Origin: an uncultured Rhodovibrio sp.
GTDB taxonomy: Bacteria; Pseudomonadota; Alphaproteobacteria; Kiloniellales; Rhodovibrionaceae
Direction: 5' to 3'
Assembly: GCA_964422775.1 (NCBI GenBank)
Contig: CAYRCO010000002.1
Location: 1 to 46,669, forward strand
Length of the DNA: 46,669 nt
This document shows positions 35,993 to 45,432 of this stretch, one piece after another. The translations under genes were made by a program, and so were the position numbers. The notes under the pieces are model-generated. The model ran no database searches. It had not been told where the DNA came from and was given only the letters and a program-made list of their open reading frames with translations. Position 1 is the first letter of the stretch; each line of letters opens with the position of its first letter.

Positions 35993-37489
35993 ATGTCCGG
36001 CGCCGAACGCAAGCACCCGAAAGATCCCGAGGCGATCAAGGCGCGCGCGCAATCGCTGCTCGCCCGCTACAAGCCGTTGATCGGCGACTGGGACGCGTTC
36101 CTGGACGTCCTGGTCCGGCCCAAGCCCACCTGCATCGTCGCCAACGCCGCGCGCCTGGATCGCGACCGGCTGGCGGCGCTGCTGGCCGACGGCCCGGCCG
36201 ACCTGACGCCGGTCCCCTGGGACCAAGCCGCCCTGCGCGTGCCCGCCGACGCCAGGCCCGGCACTTGGTGGGCCTTCCTGGCCGGCCTGTATCAGGTGCA
36301 GGAGGAAGCCTCGCTGCTGCCCACCGCCATGCTCGACCCGCAGCCCGGCGAGCGGGTGCTCGACCTCTGCGCGGCGCCCGGCGGCAAGGCCGCGCGGATC
36401 GCCATGGCGGTCGGGCCTGAGGGCACGGTGATCGCCAACGAGAAGGAGCCCCGGCGGCTGTCGGCCGTGCGCGACAAGATGAAGCGCCTGGGGCTGACCA
36501 ACCTGACCTCGACCGTGCACGACGGCGGCGACTACCCGCTGGAGGCGGGCGCCTTCGACCGCGTGCTGGTCGACGCGCCCTGCACCAGCGAAGGCACCAA
36601 GTTCCGCCAGGGCGCGGGCTACCAGGGCTCGGAACCGGAGTTCCTGTCGTGGATCGCCGGCCAGCAGGCAGCATTGCTGCGCCGGGCGGCGCAGCTGGTC
36701 AAGCCGGGCGGCCGAGTGGTCTACGCCACCTGCTCCTTCGCGCCGGAGGAGAACGAGGCGGTGGTCGACCGCGTGCTGGGCGAGCTGGACGGCGCGCTGA
36801 CGCCCGTCGCCGTGCGCCCGACCGGCCTCGACCCAGCGGCGCCGGTCGCGAGCTGGGGCGGGCGCAGCTTCGACGCGGGCGTTCAGGCCGGCATCCGGCT
36901 GTGGCCGCACACCCACGGCACCGGCGGGTTCTTCGCCATCGCCTTCGACAAGCCGGTCGACGCGGCTGGGCCCGCCGCCGAGCCGACCCGCCACGTCGAT
37001 CCCTGGTCGGGCGACCCGCAAGAATGGATCGCGCCGGTCCTGGCGAAATTCGATATCGCGGGCGACCCGCTGGCCGGCCTTCGGGTGATCGAGCGCGGCG
37101 ACGACCTGCAGCTGGTGACAGAGCGGCACAGCGCCCCCGCCAGACCCGCGCCGGTCTCCACCGGCGTGCCCGCGCGCCGGGCGCGCAACCGCACGCCCAA
37201 GCCGTCGACGGCGCTCGCGCTGATGGTGGGGGCGCACGCCCGGGCCCGTGTGGTCGAGGTGACGGCCCAGCAGCGCGACGCCTACCAACGCCGGCAGCCG
37301 GTCCAACCGTCGGCCGATCAACTTGCAGCCTGTCAAGACCACGACCACCTGTCGGACGGCGGCACTGGCGCGCCGGCCCAGGGCTTCGTGATCCTGCGCT
37401 ACCGCGGCGTGCCGCTCGGAGTCGGCTTCCTGCGCCCGGGCCCGCCCGCTGAAATCGAAAGCCAGTATCCGCGCGCCTGGAAGCTCTGA
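35993..37489 (+). CDS. RsmB/NOL1/NOP2-family RNA m5C methyltransferase (RsmF-like, C-terminal PUA-like region)
   Basis: QEEAS, DLCAAPGGK, VDAPC, YATCSFAPEENE, GFF. Confidence 0.9.
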   Translation: MSGAERKHPKDPEAIKARAQSLLARYKPLIGDWDAFLDVLVRPKPTCIVANAARLDRDRLAALLADGPADLTPVPWDQAALRVPADARPGTWWAFLAGLYQVQEEASLLPTAMLDPQPGERVLDLCAAPGGKAARIAMAVGPEGTVIANEKEPRRLSAVRDKMKRLGLTNLTSTVHDGGDYPLEAGAFDRVLVDAPCTSEGTKFRQGAGYQGSEPEFLSWIAGQQAALLRRAAQLVKPGGRVVYATCSFAPEENEAVVDRVLGELDGALTPVAVRPTGLDPAAPVASWGGRSFDAGVQAGIRLWPHTHGTGGFFAIAFDKPVDAAGPAAEPTRHVDPWSGDPQEWIAPVLAKFDIAGDPLAGLRVIERGDDLQLVTERHSAPARPAPVSTGVPARRARNRTPKPSTALALMVGAHARARVVEVTAQQRDAYQRRQPVQPSADQLAACQDHDHLSDGGTGAPAQGFVILRYRGVPLGVGFLRPGPPAEIESQYPRAWKL

Positions 37490-37544
37490 GCCGGTACGTT
37501 CTGGACCCGATACATCTGACCAGGAAAGGACCGAAAAGATCGCC

Positions 37545-39263
37545 ATGCGCGACCAGCGGACGTTCAAGCGCGGCGAGCTGGAAGCCGCGCTCAAGCGGAT
37601 CGATGGCAAGGGCTACAAGGCCTACAAGGACATCGTCGGCCGCTACGGCTTCGACCGTTTCACCCTGTCGGTCGACCACGTGCAGGGCGACCCGTTCGGC
37701 AGCCCGTCGCGCCTGCGCGTGTTCGTCCCGGCCGAGACCGCCGGCTTCCCCGACGACTGCTTCGAGAGTGCGAGCCGGGTGGTGGCGCTGCGCGATTACC
37801 TGGCGCGCGCGTTCGCCGCCCGCGCCAAGCAGATCGCCAAGCCGCGCGGCTCCGGCTCCTCCGGCCTGCTGGCGATGGACGCGCCGGGGCAGGAGATCCT
37901 GGAGCGCACGGCCGTGCTCGCCAGCCGCGACGGCGGGATCGAGGCGCGCTTCGTCGCCGGCCTGCCGGCGCGCGGGCGCAGCGTGCTGGGCCGGGAGGCG
38001 CAGCAGATGCTGTTGCACGATGTGTCCGACTTGGTGAAACAGACCCTGCTCGCCGAGGCGCACGACGAGGCCCGGCTGCTCGACCACGTGACCAGTGCGG
38101 AGGATGCCGACGCCCTGCGCGCGCAATTGCGGGACAACGGTCTGGTCGCGTTCATCGCGGACGGTGCGGTGCTGCCGCGGCGCTCCGGCGTCGACGACCG
38201 GCCGATGGCGAACGGCGCGGTCGCGTTCGAGGCGCCGGAGAGCCTGGCGGTCACGCTCCACCGGCCGAACCGGGGGGCCATCCGCGGCCTGGGCGTGCCG
38301 CAGGGGATCACGCTGATCGTCGGCGGCGGCTACCACGGCAAGTCGACGCTGCTGCAGGCGATCGAGCGGAGTGTCTACAACCACCTGCCGGGCGACGGGC
38401 GCGAATGGGTGGTCGCCGATCCGTCGGCGGTGAAGGTCCGCGCCGAAGACGGCCGCGCGGTCACGGACGTCGACATCTCGCCGTTCATCCAGGGCCTGCC
38501 CGGCGGCAGCGACACCCGCCGCTTCTCCAGCGAGAACGCCTCCGGCTCGACCTCTCAGGCCGCCAACATCGTCGAGGCGCTGGAGGCGGGCGCCCGGGTC
38601 ATGATGATGGACGAGGACACCTCGGCCACCAACTTCATGATCCGCGACCGGCGGATGCAGGCGCTGATCGCCAAGGACCGCGAGCCGATCACGCCCTACA
38701 TCGACAAGGTCCGACAGCTCTACGACGACCTCGGCGTCTCGACCACGCTGGTGATCGGCGGCTCCGGCGACTACCTCGACAAGGCCGACACCGTGATCGC
38801 GATGGAAGCGTTCCGCGCGTACGACGTGACCGCCCGGGCGCGCGCGGTGGTCGACGCTCACCGCACCCAGCGCGCGGAAGAGGGCGGCGAGAGCTTCGGC
38901 CGGCCGGGCGCGCGCACGCTCAAGGCGACCGGCATCACCGGCAAGGGGGACAAGCCGCCCAAGGTGAAGGTGCCGCACCGCAAGGCGATCGGGATCGGTC
39001 AGGACGATCTGGACCTGGGCGCGGTCGAGCAGCTGGTCGACGAAAGCCAGACCCGGGCGGTCGCGGAAGCGCTGATGCGCCTGACCGACGACCGGCAGCT
39101 GCACGGCAAGACGGTGCCGGAGCTGCTGGACACCTTGGAGCAGGCGACAGCCGCGCGCGGCCTGGACGCGCTCACCCGCACGCCGCGCGGCGACCTCGCC
39201 CGCTTCCGTCGCTTCGAACTCGCCGCCGCGCTGAACCGGCTGCGGGCGCTCAAGACCGGCTGA
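37545..39263 (+). CDS. Stand-alone ABC-class ATPase (COG3044/ABC_ATPase family)
   Basis: DHVQGDPF, LPRRSG, GGGYHGKSTLL, RAEDGR, ASGSTSQAA, DEDTSATNFMIRD, RRFELAAALNRLR. Confidence 0.9.
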   Translation: MRDQRTFKRGELEAALKRIDGKGYKAYKDIVGRYGFDRFTLSVDHVQGDPFGSPSRLRVFVPAETAGFPDDCFESASRVVALRDYLARAFAARAKQIAKPRGSGSSGLLAMDAPGQEILERTAVLASRDGGIEARFVAGLPARGRSVLGREAQQMLLHDVSDLVKQTLLAEAHDEARLLDHVTSAEDADALRAQLRDNGLVAFIADGAVLPRRSGVDDRPMANGAVAFEAPESLAVTLHRPNRGAIRGLGVPQGITLIVGGGYHGKSTLLQAIERSVYNHLPGDGREWVVADPSAVKVRAEDGRAVTDVDISPFIQGLPGGSDTRRFSSENASGSTSQAANIVEALEAGARVMMMDEDTSATNFMIRDRRMQALIAKDREPITPYIDKVRQLYDDLGVSTTLVIGGSGDYLDKADTVIAMEAFRAYDVTARARAVVDAHRTQRAEEGGESFGRPGARTLKATGITGKGDKPPKVKVPHRKAIGIGQDDLDLGAVEQLVDESQTRAVAEALMRLTDDRQLHGKTVPELLDTLEQATAARGLDALTRTPRGDLARFRRFELAAALNRLRALKTG

Positions 39264-39305
39264 TCCCGGGCGCGCCCCGCGTCGGGCGCGCCGTGCGACC
39301 CGGCT

Positions 39306-41471
39306 CTAACCTTGCGCCGCGGCGGCTTGGCAGGTCGGCGTTGCGACCGCCTGCTCCAGCCGGTCGGCGGGCAGGGTGATCCGCACGCGCGTCCCCTGGC
39401 CGTGCGCGCTGTCGAGCTTAAGCGTGCCGCCGTGCAGTTCGCTCAGCTGCTTGCACAGGGCGAGACCCAGGCCGGTGCCCTCGTGCTCGCGGGTCAGCCA
39501 ATTGTCGGCCTGGCCGAACGGGGCCATGGCCTTCTCGATGTCGTCCTCGGCGATACCGATCCCGGTGTCGGCGACCTCGAGCCACAGCCCGTCGGGCCCG
39601 GCCTCGGCGCGCACCGTCACACGGCCGTTTTCCGGGGTGAACTTGATCGCATTGGTCAGCAGGTTGAGCAGGATCTGCTTGACCCCGCGCTGGTCGGCGA
39701 ACACCCGCGGCAGACCGTCCGCCGGCAGGACGTCCAAGTGAACCCCGCGGTCGTGCGCGCGCTCGCGCACCAAGCGCACGGTGCCGTGGATCAGCTCGGC
39801 GAGCCGCAGCCATTCCTCGTGCAGCTCACGCCGGCCGGCCTCGATCTTGGCATGGTCCAGGATGTCGTTGATCAGGCTGAGCAGGTGCTGCCCGCTCTCC
39901 CGGATGTCGCTGGCGTAGGCGCGGTAACGCGGGTTGCCGATCTCGCCCAGCAGCTGGCCCTCGATCACCTCGGCGAACCCAATCACGGCGTTCAGCGGCG
40001 TGCGCAGTTCGTGGCTCATGTTGGCCAGGAACTCGGTCTTGGATTTGTTGGCGAGCTCGGCCTTCTCGCGCGCGGCGATCAGTTCGCGTTCCTGGCGCTT
40101 CAGTTCGTCGATGTCCGACAGGGTCCCGGCGATCCGCACGGCCCGACCGTCGGCGTCGCGCTCGGTCTCCGCGCGCAGGCGGAACCAGTGCACGGCCGGC
40201 TCGTCCGCGGCGTCCCGGTGCGCCGCGGCGGGGCCGACCTGCATCCGCACCTCGATGTCGTACGGTGTGCCGCGCTTGATGTTGTCGGCGATCGTCTGGC
40301 GCAGTTTGGCGCGGTCCTTCGGGATCACGCGCTGGATGAACGCCTCCGCCTGCGTGCCGAGCGCTTCGGCGTCCACGCCGAGCAGTTCGCCGCAGCGCTC
40401 GGTGTAGTAGATCGTGTCGGTGCCGAGGTCGTAATCCCAGACGCCGTCGCGTGAGCCGCGTACCGCCCGCTCGTAGCGGTCCTGCTGCATGCGCAGCTTG
40501 GCCTCGGCGTCCTTCAGCCGGCTGATGTCGGTCAGCAGGCCGTTCCAGACGACGACGTCCGGCCCCTCGGAACGCGCCACCGCCTGGGCGCGGATCCATT
40601 TCACCTCGCCGTTCACAACGATCCGGTGCTCGAACTGGAAGTTGTGGCCGTTCCTGTAGGCGGCCTCGATCTCGGCGTCGAGCGCCGCGCGGTCGTCGGG
40701 GTGGACTTTCGCCAACAGGGCATCGACGTCGTAGGCCTGGACCTTCTCGACGCCGTACAACGCCTCGATGCCGGCGGAGACGAAGGTCATGTGCAGGCCG
40801 TCGGCGTCGCGGCGGACCTGGTAGACCGCGCCCGGGATGCTGTCGGTCAGATCGACCAGCTGGCGCTGGGCGGCGCGTGCCGCCTCTTCGGCCATGAACT
40901 GGGCGGTCACGTCGCTCGCCACGCCGCGGTAGCCGTCGAAGGCGCCGTCCTCGTCGAACACCGGGACGCCGCTGAGCCGCACCCAGATCAGCCGGCCGTC
41001 GGCGCGCCGGCTCTTGTACGTGAAGTCGCGAAACGCCCGCTGGGCGCGCAGATCGGCCATGTGCTCCGCGACCTGCGCGGGATCGTTTTCTGCGCTCATC
41101 AGGGCGTCGCGCCGTTTGCCGATCGCCCGGCTGGGCGGGAAGCCGAAAGCGGTCTTGAACTTCGCCGACAGATGGGTGAACCGCAGGTCGCGGTCCATCG
41201 CCCAGGTCCAGTCGGTCGACGCGTCGGCGATATGCTCCAGCTGAGCGGCACGGCTCGCCTGCTGGGTGGCCTGCGCGCGCGCCTGGTAGGCGATGATCGT
41301 GGCGGTGAGCGCCGCGCCGAGGGCGATCAGCGCGCCCAACGCCTGGCCGCCCGCCGGCTCGCCGGTCACCGCGTAGACACCGGACAGCGCCGCAAGCGCA
41401 CCCAGGGCCGGCGGTGCAACGGCACTGCGCAGCGTCTTCAAGGCGGCCTTGCTTGGACGGCGGTTCGGCAT
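39306..41471 (-). CDS. Sensor histidine kinase with 2 TM and 3 PAS domains, PleC/DivJ/PdhS family
   Basis: KTEFLANMSHELRTPLNAVIGFAE, NLLTNAIKF, DTGIG, FGQ, GTGLGL; three PAS/PAC repeats. Confidence 0.92.
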   Translation of the reverse strand: MPNRRPSKAALKTLRSAVAPPALGALAALSGVYAVTGEPAGGQALGALIALGAALTATIIAYQARAQATQQASRAAQLEHIADASTDWTWAMDRDLRFTHLSAKFKTAFGFPPSRAIGKRRDALMSAENDPAQVAEHMADLRAQRAFRDFTYKSRRADGRLIWVRLSGVPVFDEDGAFDGYRGVASDVTAQFMAEEAARAAQRQLVDLTDSIPGAVYQVRRDADGLHMTFVSAGIEALYGVEKVQAYDVDALLAKVHPDDRAALDAEIEAAYRNGHNFQFEHRIVVNGEVKWIRAQAVARSEGPDVVVWNGLLTDISRLKDAEAKLRMQQDRYERAVRGSRDGVWDYDLGTDTIYYTERCGELLGVDAEALGTQAEAFIQRVIPKDRAKLRQTIADNIKRGTPYDIEVRMQVGPAAAHRDAADEPAVHWFRLRAETERDADGRAVRIAGTLSDIDELKRQERELIAAREKAELANKSKTEFLANMSHELRTPLNAVIGFAEVIEGQLLGEIGNPRYRAYASDIRESGQHLLSLINDILDHAKIEAGRRELHEEWLRLAELIHGTVRLVRERAHDRGVHLDVLPADGLPRVFADQRGVKQILLNLLTNAIKFTPENGRVTVRAEAGPDGLWLEVADTGIGIAEDDIEKAMAPFGQADNWLTREHEGTGLGLALCKQLSELHGGTLKLDSAHGQGTRVRITLPADRLEQAVATPTCQAAAAQG

Positions 41472-41540
41472 CGCCCACTCGCGCTGGAAAAATCGAAACG
41501 ACGGCATAGACCCCGACATTCGTGTGATAACTGATTTCCC

Positions 41541-41578
41541 ATAATAAATCGTTAACACACGCGTTAAACGCGATTTAT
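41541..41578. promoter_or_regulatory. Pair of inverted CtrA-like boxes upstream of the kinase
   Basis: ATAA-N7-TTAAC at 41541-41556 (+) and at 41578-41563 (-), inside an AT-rich island. Confidence 0.6.
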
Positions 41579-41738
41579 TTGACTTAAAACACCCATGACT
41601 GGCGCTCACCGTAACTTGACCGCCGGCCTTCTCCGGACGGCCGCGCCGCGCGCGACGGGCCCCTGGTCGGCGCATGCGCGGTTCGCCATGTTGCGGACAG
41701 GACGGTGCTAAGCCGCCGCAATCAGCCCGGGGATCCGA

Positions 41739-43049
41739 ATGCCGACCACCGACCTCTGGAACCAGCCGGCCAGCACCGACAGCCGCGACGCAGTCCAGGC
41801 TTATGAGCGCGCGGTGCTGGCCACGCTGGAATACCGGTCGAGCGCGAACGACCACGTCAAGGCGGCGCTCGAGGCCGACCCCGAGTTTGCTCTGGCTCAC
41901 TGCTTCAAGGGCTACCAGTACCTGCTGCTCGGCACCCAAGGGACGGTCGCCAAGGCCCGCCAGGCGGCCGAAGCCGCGAAGGCCCGCCACGACCGCCTGA
42001 ACGACCGGGAGCGCGGGCACGTCGCGGCGCTGGCCAGCTGGGCGGAGGGGGACGTCGCCGGCGCGGCTGCGATCTGGCAGCGGATCGTGCGCGCCTACCC
42101 GCACGACCTGCTGGCGCTGCGGCTGCATCACCTGAACGCCTTTTGGCGCGGGCGCGACGACGAGCTGATCGAAGGTCCCGCGGAGAGCCTGCACGCCTGG
42201 ACGCCCGACCTGCCCGGCTACGGCAGCGTGCTCGGCATGCTCGCCTTCGGGCTGGAGGAATCCGGCGAGCGGCGGCGGGCGGAGGACTACGCCCGGCAGG
42301 CGATCGGCCACGCGCCCGACGACCTGTGGGCGCTGCACGCGCTGGCGCACGTCCTGGAGATGGACGAGCGCTTCCAGGAAGGCTGCGACCTGATCCCCCT
42401 GCACGAACCGGCGTGGGACGACCGCAACCCGTTCAAGAACCACGTCTGGTGGCACCGCGCGCTCTACGCGGTCGAGCTCGGCCGCGACCCGGAGGTGCTG
42501 CGGCTCTACGACGACCACCTCGCGCCGGGCGCGCGGCCGTTCTACCTGGACGTCCAGAACGCCGCCTCCCTGCTCGCCCGGCTGCAGTTCCTGGGGATCG
42601 ACCCGGAAGCCCGCTGGCAGGCGCTGGTCGAGCCGGTGCGCGCGCTCGCCGACGACTTCAACGGTGCCTTCACCGAGCCGCACAAGGTCCTCGCGCTCGC
42701 CGCCGCCGGCGAACTCGCGGAGGCCGAGCGGCTGGCCGACGGCACGCTATCCCGGATGCGCCGGACCGGCCGGCGCGACCCGGCGCTGGCGCAGGTGCTG
42801 GACGGACTGTGCCGGGCGATCGTCGCCTTCTACCGCGGCGACGCGGAGGACGCTTTGGAACTGCTGGGTCCGATCCGCGGCGAGCTGTGGCGGCTGGGCG
42901 GCAGCTGGGCGCAGCGCGACGTGTTCGAGCAGCTCACGATCGAGGCCGCGCTCAAGGCCAACCCGCAGATCGACGGCCGCGCCCTGCTCGCCCGCCGCGA
43001 GGTGCTGCGCCCGAACAGCCGGCTGGTGCGCACAGCAGGCGCGCATTAA
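41739..43049 (+). CDS. TTC38-like tetratricopeptide repeat protein
   Basis: YPHDLLAL, GMLAFGLEE, WALHALAHV, NHVWWHRAL, GGSWAQRDVF. Confidence 0.85.
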   Translation: MPTTDLWNQPASTDSRDAVQAYERAVLATLEYRSSANDHVKAALEADPEFALAHCFKGYQYLLLGTQGTVAKARQAAEAAKARHDRLNDRERGHVAALASWAEGDVAGAAAIWQRIVRAYPHDLLALRLHHLNAFWRGRDDELIEGPAESLHAWTPDLPGYGSVLGMLAFGLEESGERRRAEDYARQAIGHAPDDLWALHALAHVLEMDERFQEGCDLIPLHEPAWDDRNPFKNHVWWHRALYAVELGRDPEVLRLYDDHLAPGARPFYLDVQNAASLLARLQFLGIDPEARWQALVEPVRALADDFNGAFTEPHKVLALAAAGELAEAERLADGTLSRMRRTGRRDPALAQVLDGLCRAIVAFYRGDAEDALELLGPIRGELWRLGGSWAQRDVFEQLTIEAALKANPQIDGRALLARREVLRPNSRLVRTAGAH

Positions 43050-43085
43050 CGCGGTCGCGGGTGAACTGTTCCGCGGGGCGTGAAA

Positions 43086-43114
43086 TCTTAACCATGCCGT
43101 CATCGCGGCGTAAC
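43086..43114 (+). promoter_or_regulatory. Putative Pho box
   Basis: Heptads at an 11-bp period (TCTTAAC/CCGTCAT/GCGTAAC) resembling CTGTCAT, upstream of phoX. Confidence 0.45.
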
Positions 43115-43239
43115 TGCGCCGGGGCGTACTGGGGCCGCGAACGTGACGACGCGCAAGAGGCGGCCCCGCACAAGAGCCGTAAGCGCACCTTTCTCGCGTT
43201 CGCCCGTGTCCCAGTTCGCTCGAGAGAGGATCGACTGCC

Positions 43240-45246
43240 ATGTTCCGCACCCCCCGTCCCCTTTTCGCGCCCGAAGACCACACCTTGGGCGGCCCCAACC
43301 AAGGTCGCCCGAGCGGCCCCAGTCGCTCGCAGCGCGCCGAGATCGCAGAGGACACGCCGTCCTCGCCTCTGGACCGCCCGACCATTGGCGAGGTGATCGG
43401 CAAGCGCTACGGCCGGCGCGACGTGCTGCGCGGCGCGCTCGGCGTCACCGCGATCGCCGCGCTGTCCGGCGGCGTCGCCGGTGCGGCGCTGCGCGCCGGC
43501 ACGGCCGAGGCGGCGCAGCCCAAGGCGTCGTTCGACTTTGACGAGCTGAAGGCCGGCTTCGACGAGACCCACCACGTCGCCCCGGGGTATGACGCCGATA
43601 TCCTGATCCGCTGGGGCGACCCGGTCGTCCCGGGCGCCCCCGCCTTCGATCCGGCGAACCAGTCCGGCGACGCGCAGGAGATGCAGTTCGGCTATAACAA
43701 CGACTATATCGGGTACGTCGCGCTCGACCCCGCCGAAGACGGCGCGCCGCGCGGGCTGCTCTGCGTCAACCACGAGTACACCAACGAAGAGCTGATGTTC
43801 CCGAACTACCAGGGGGCGACGGCCGAGACGGTGGCGATCGAGATGGCCGCGCACGGCCACAGTGTGATCGAGGTGCGCCAGGGCGCCGACGGCAAGTGGG
43901 TCACTGTACCCGACAGCCCGTATAACCGCCGCTTCTCCACCCGCTCCACGCCGATGACGATCTCCGGCCCGGCGGCCGGCCACGACCGGCTGAAGACAAG
44001 CGCGGACCCATCGGGCACGCGGGTGATCGGCACGGTCAACAACTGCGCGGGTGGAATGACGCCCTACGGAACGGTGCTGATCGCCGAGGAGAACTTCCAC
44101 GGCTACTTCAAGGGCGAGGTCGCCGACGGCCCGGAAAAGACGAACCACGACCGCTACGGCGTGCCGGGCGCCTGGTACGACTGGGCCGACTACGACCCGC
44201 GCTTCGACGTGAGCCAAGAGCCGAACGAGCCCAACCGGTTCGGCTGGATGGTCGAGTTCGACCCCTACGACCCCGACTTTACGCCGGTGAAGCGCACCGC
44301 GATGGGCCGCTTCAAGCATGAGGGTGCGGAGACCGTCCTGAACCCGGATGGCCGAGTCGTTGCGATGATGGGCGACGATCAGCGCTTCGACTACATCTAC
44401 AAGTTCGTCAGCCACGGCCGGGTCGATCCGCACGACCGGGCGGCCAACTTCGGCCTGTTGGATAGCGGCATCCTGTACGTCGCGCGGTTCGACGCGGACG
44501 GCACGGTGGCGTGGCTGCCGCTTACCTTCGGCAGCGGCCCGCTGACCGAGGCCAACGGCTTCAAGAGCCAGGCCGACGTGCTGATCGAGACCCGCCGCGC
44601 GGCTGACCTGTTGGGCGCGACCCCGATGGACCGGCCGGAGGACCTGTCGACCGATCCGGAGGCGGGCAAGGTCTACTGCATGCTGACCTCCAACGATAAG
44701 CGCAAGGCCGACGCGATCGACGCCGCCAACCCGCGCGCGGCCAACTCGGCCGGCCATGTCCTGGAGATCTCCGTTACCGGCGGCGATTTCGCCCAGACCC
44801 GCGACACCTGGGACGTCCTGCTCCTGGCCGGCGATCCGAAGGACGAATCCGCAGGCGCCAAGTGGGGCCCGGCGACCTCGGAGGACGGCTGGTTCATCAA
44901 CCCGGACAACTCCAAGGTCGACGGCTCGGGCCGGCTGTGGATCTCCACTGACGGCAACAGCCCGGAGAAGAGCGGGCGCACGGACGGTCTGTGGGCGATC
45001 GAGACCGAGGGCGAGCTGCGCGGCTCCAGCAAGCACTTCTTCCGCTGCCCGGTCGGGGCGGAGCTGTGCGGCCCGTACTTCGTTGCCGGCGACGAGACGC
45101 TGTTTGTCGCCGTGCAGCACCCGGGCGACGTCGACGGCGCGAGCTACGAGGAGCCCGCCACCCGCTGGCCCGACTTCGACGCCAGCCTGCCGGTCCGCCC
45201 GTCGGTGGTCGCGATCACCAAACAGGGCGGCGGCAAGATCGGCTGA
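43240..45246 (+). CDS. phoX: PhoX-family alkaline phosphatase, Tat-exported
   Basis: RRDVLRG twin-Arg motif; GYNND, VNHEY, NNCAGG, EEN, GRFKHE, MDRPE, NPDN, GAELCG, VQHPG. Confidence 0.95.
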   Translation: MFRTPRPLFAPEDHTLGGPNQGRPSGPSRSQRAEIAEDTPSSPLDRPTIGEVIGKRYGRRDVLRGALGVTAIAALSGGVAGAALRAGTAEAAQPKASFDFDELKAGFDETHHVAPGYDADILIRWGDPVVPGAPAFDPANQSGDAQEMQFGYNNDYIGYVALDPAEDGAPRGLLCVNHEYTNEELMFPNYQGATAETVAIEMAAHGHSVIEVRQGADGKWVTVPDSPYNRRFSTRSTPMTISGPAAGHDRLKTSADPSGTRVIGTVNNCAGGMTPYGTVLIAEENFHGYFKGEVADGPEKTNHDRYGVPGAWYDWADYDPRFDVSQEPNEPNRFGWMVEFDPYDPDFTPVKRTAMGRFKHEGAETVLNPDGRVVAMMGDDQRFDYIYKFVSHGRVDPHDRAANFGLLDSGILYVARFDADGTVAWLPLTFGSGPLTEANGFKSQADVLIETRRAADLLGATPMDRPEDLSTDPEAGKVYCMLTSNDKRKADAIDAANPRAANSAGHVLEISVTGGDFAQTRDTWDVLLLAGDPKDESAGAKWGPATSEDGWFINPDNSKVDGSGRLWISTDGNSPEKSGRTDGLWAIETEGELRGSSKHFFRCPVGAELCGPYFVAGDETLFVAVQHPGDVDGASYEEPATRWPDFDASLPVRPSVVAITKQGGGKIG

Positions 45247-45272
45247 CGCTGGCCCACGTCGGCCACACACGC

Positions 45273-45389
45273 CTAGAGCGACATGCGCAAAGGCCGAGAC
45301 GGCCTTGGGTCTGAATGTCGCTCTAACTTCCTGAAGAGAGGGCAAGATTCAGCTGAAACGTGATTCCACGTGTCAGCATCTTGCCCTGG
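45273..45389 (+). repeat. Complete CIR-like repeat (about 116 bp)
   Basis: Arm 1 CTAGAGCGACAT...ATGTCGCTCTAA, core CTTCCTGAAG, arm 2 AGGGCAAGAT...ATCTTGCCCT; two GATTC sites. Confidence 0.88.
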
Positions 45390-45396
45390 CGAAGGG

Positions 45397-45425
45397 TCCC
45401 TCTCCTCCGCCGGGAGGAGAGGGGG
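45397..45425. repeat. Single-hairpin remnant of the CCCTCTCC family
   Basis: CCCTCTCCTCC-GCCG-GGAGGAGAGGG. Confidence 0.65.
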
Positions 45426-45432
45426 TGCCCGC

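Noticed and set aside
41472-42683. 404-aa N-terminal extension of the histidine kinase
   Set aside because: It is antisense to the TTC38-like gene and crosses an AT-rich promoter region; the start is taken at 41471.
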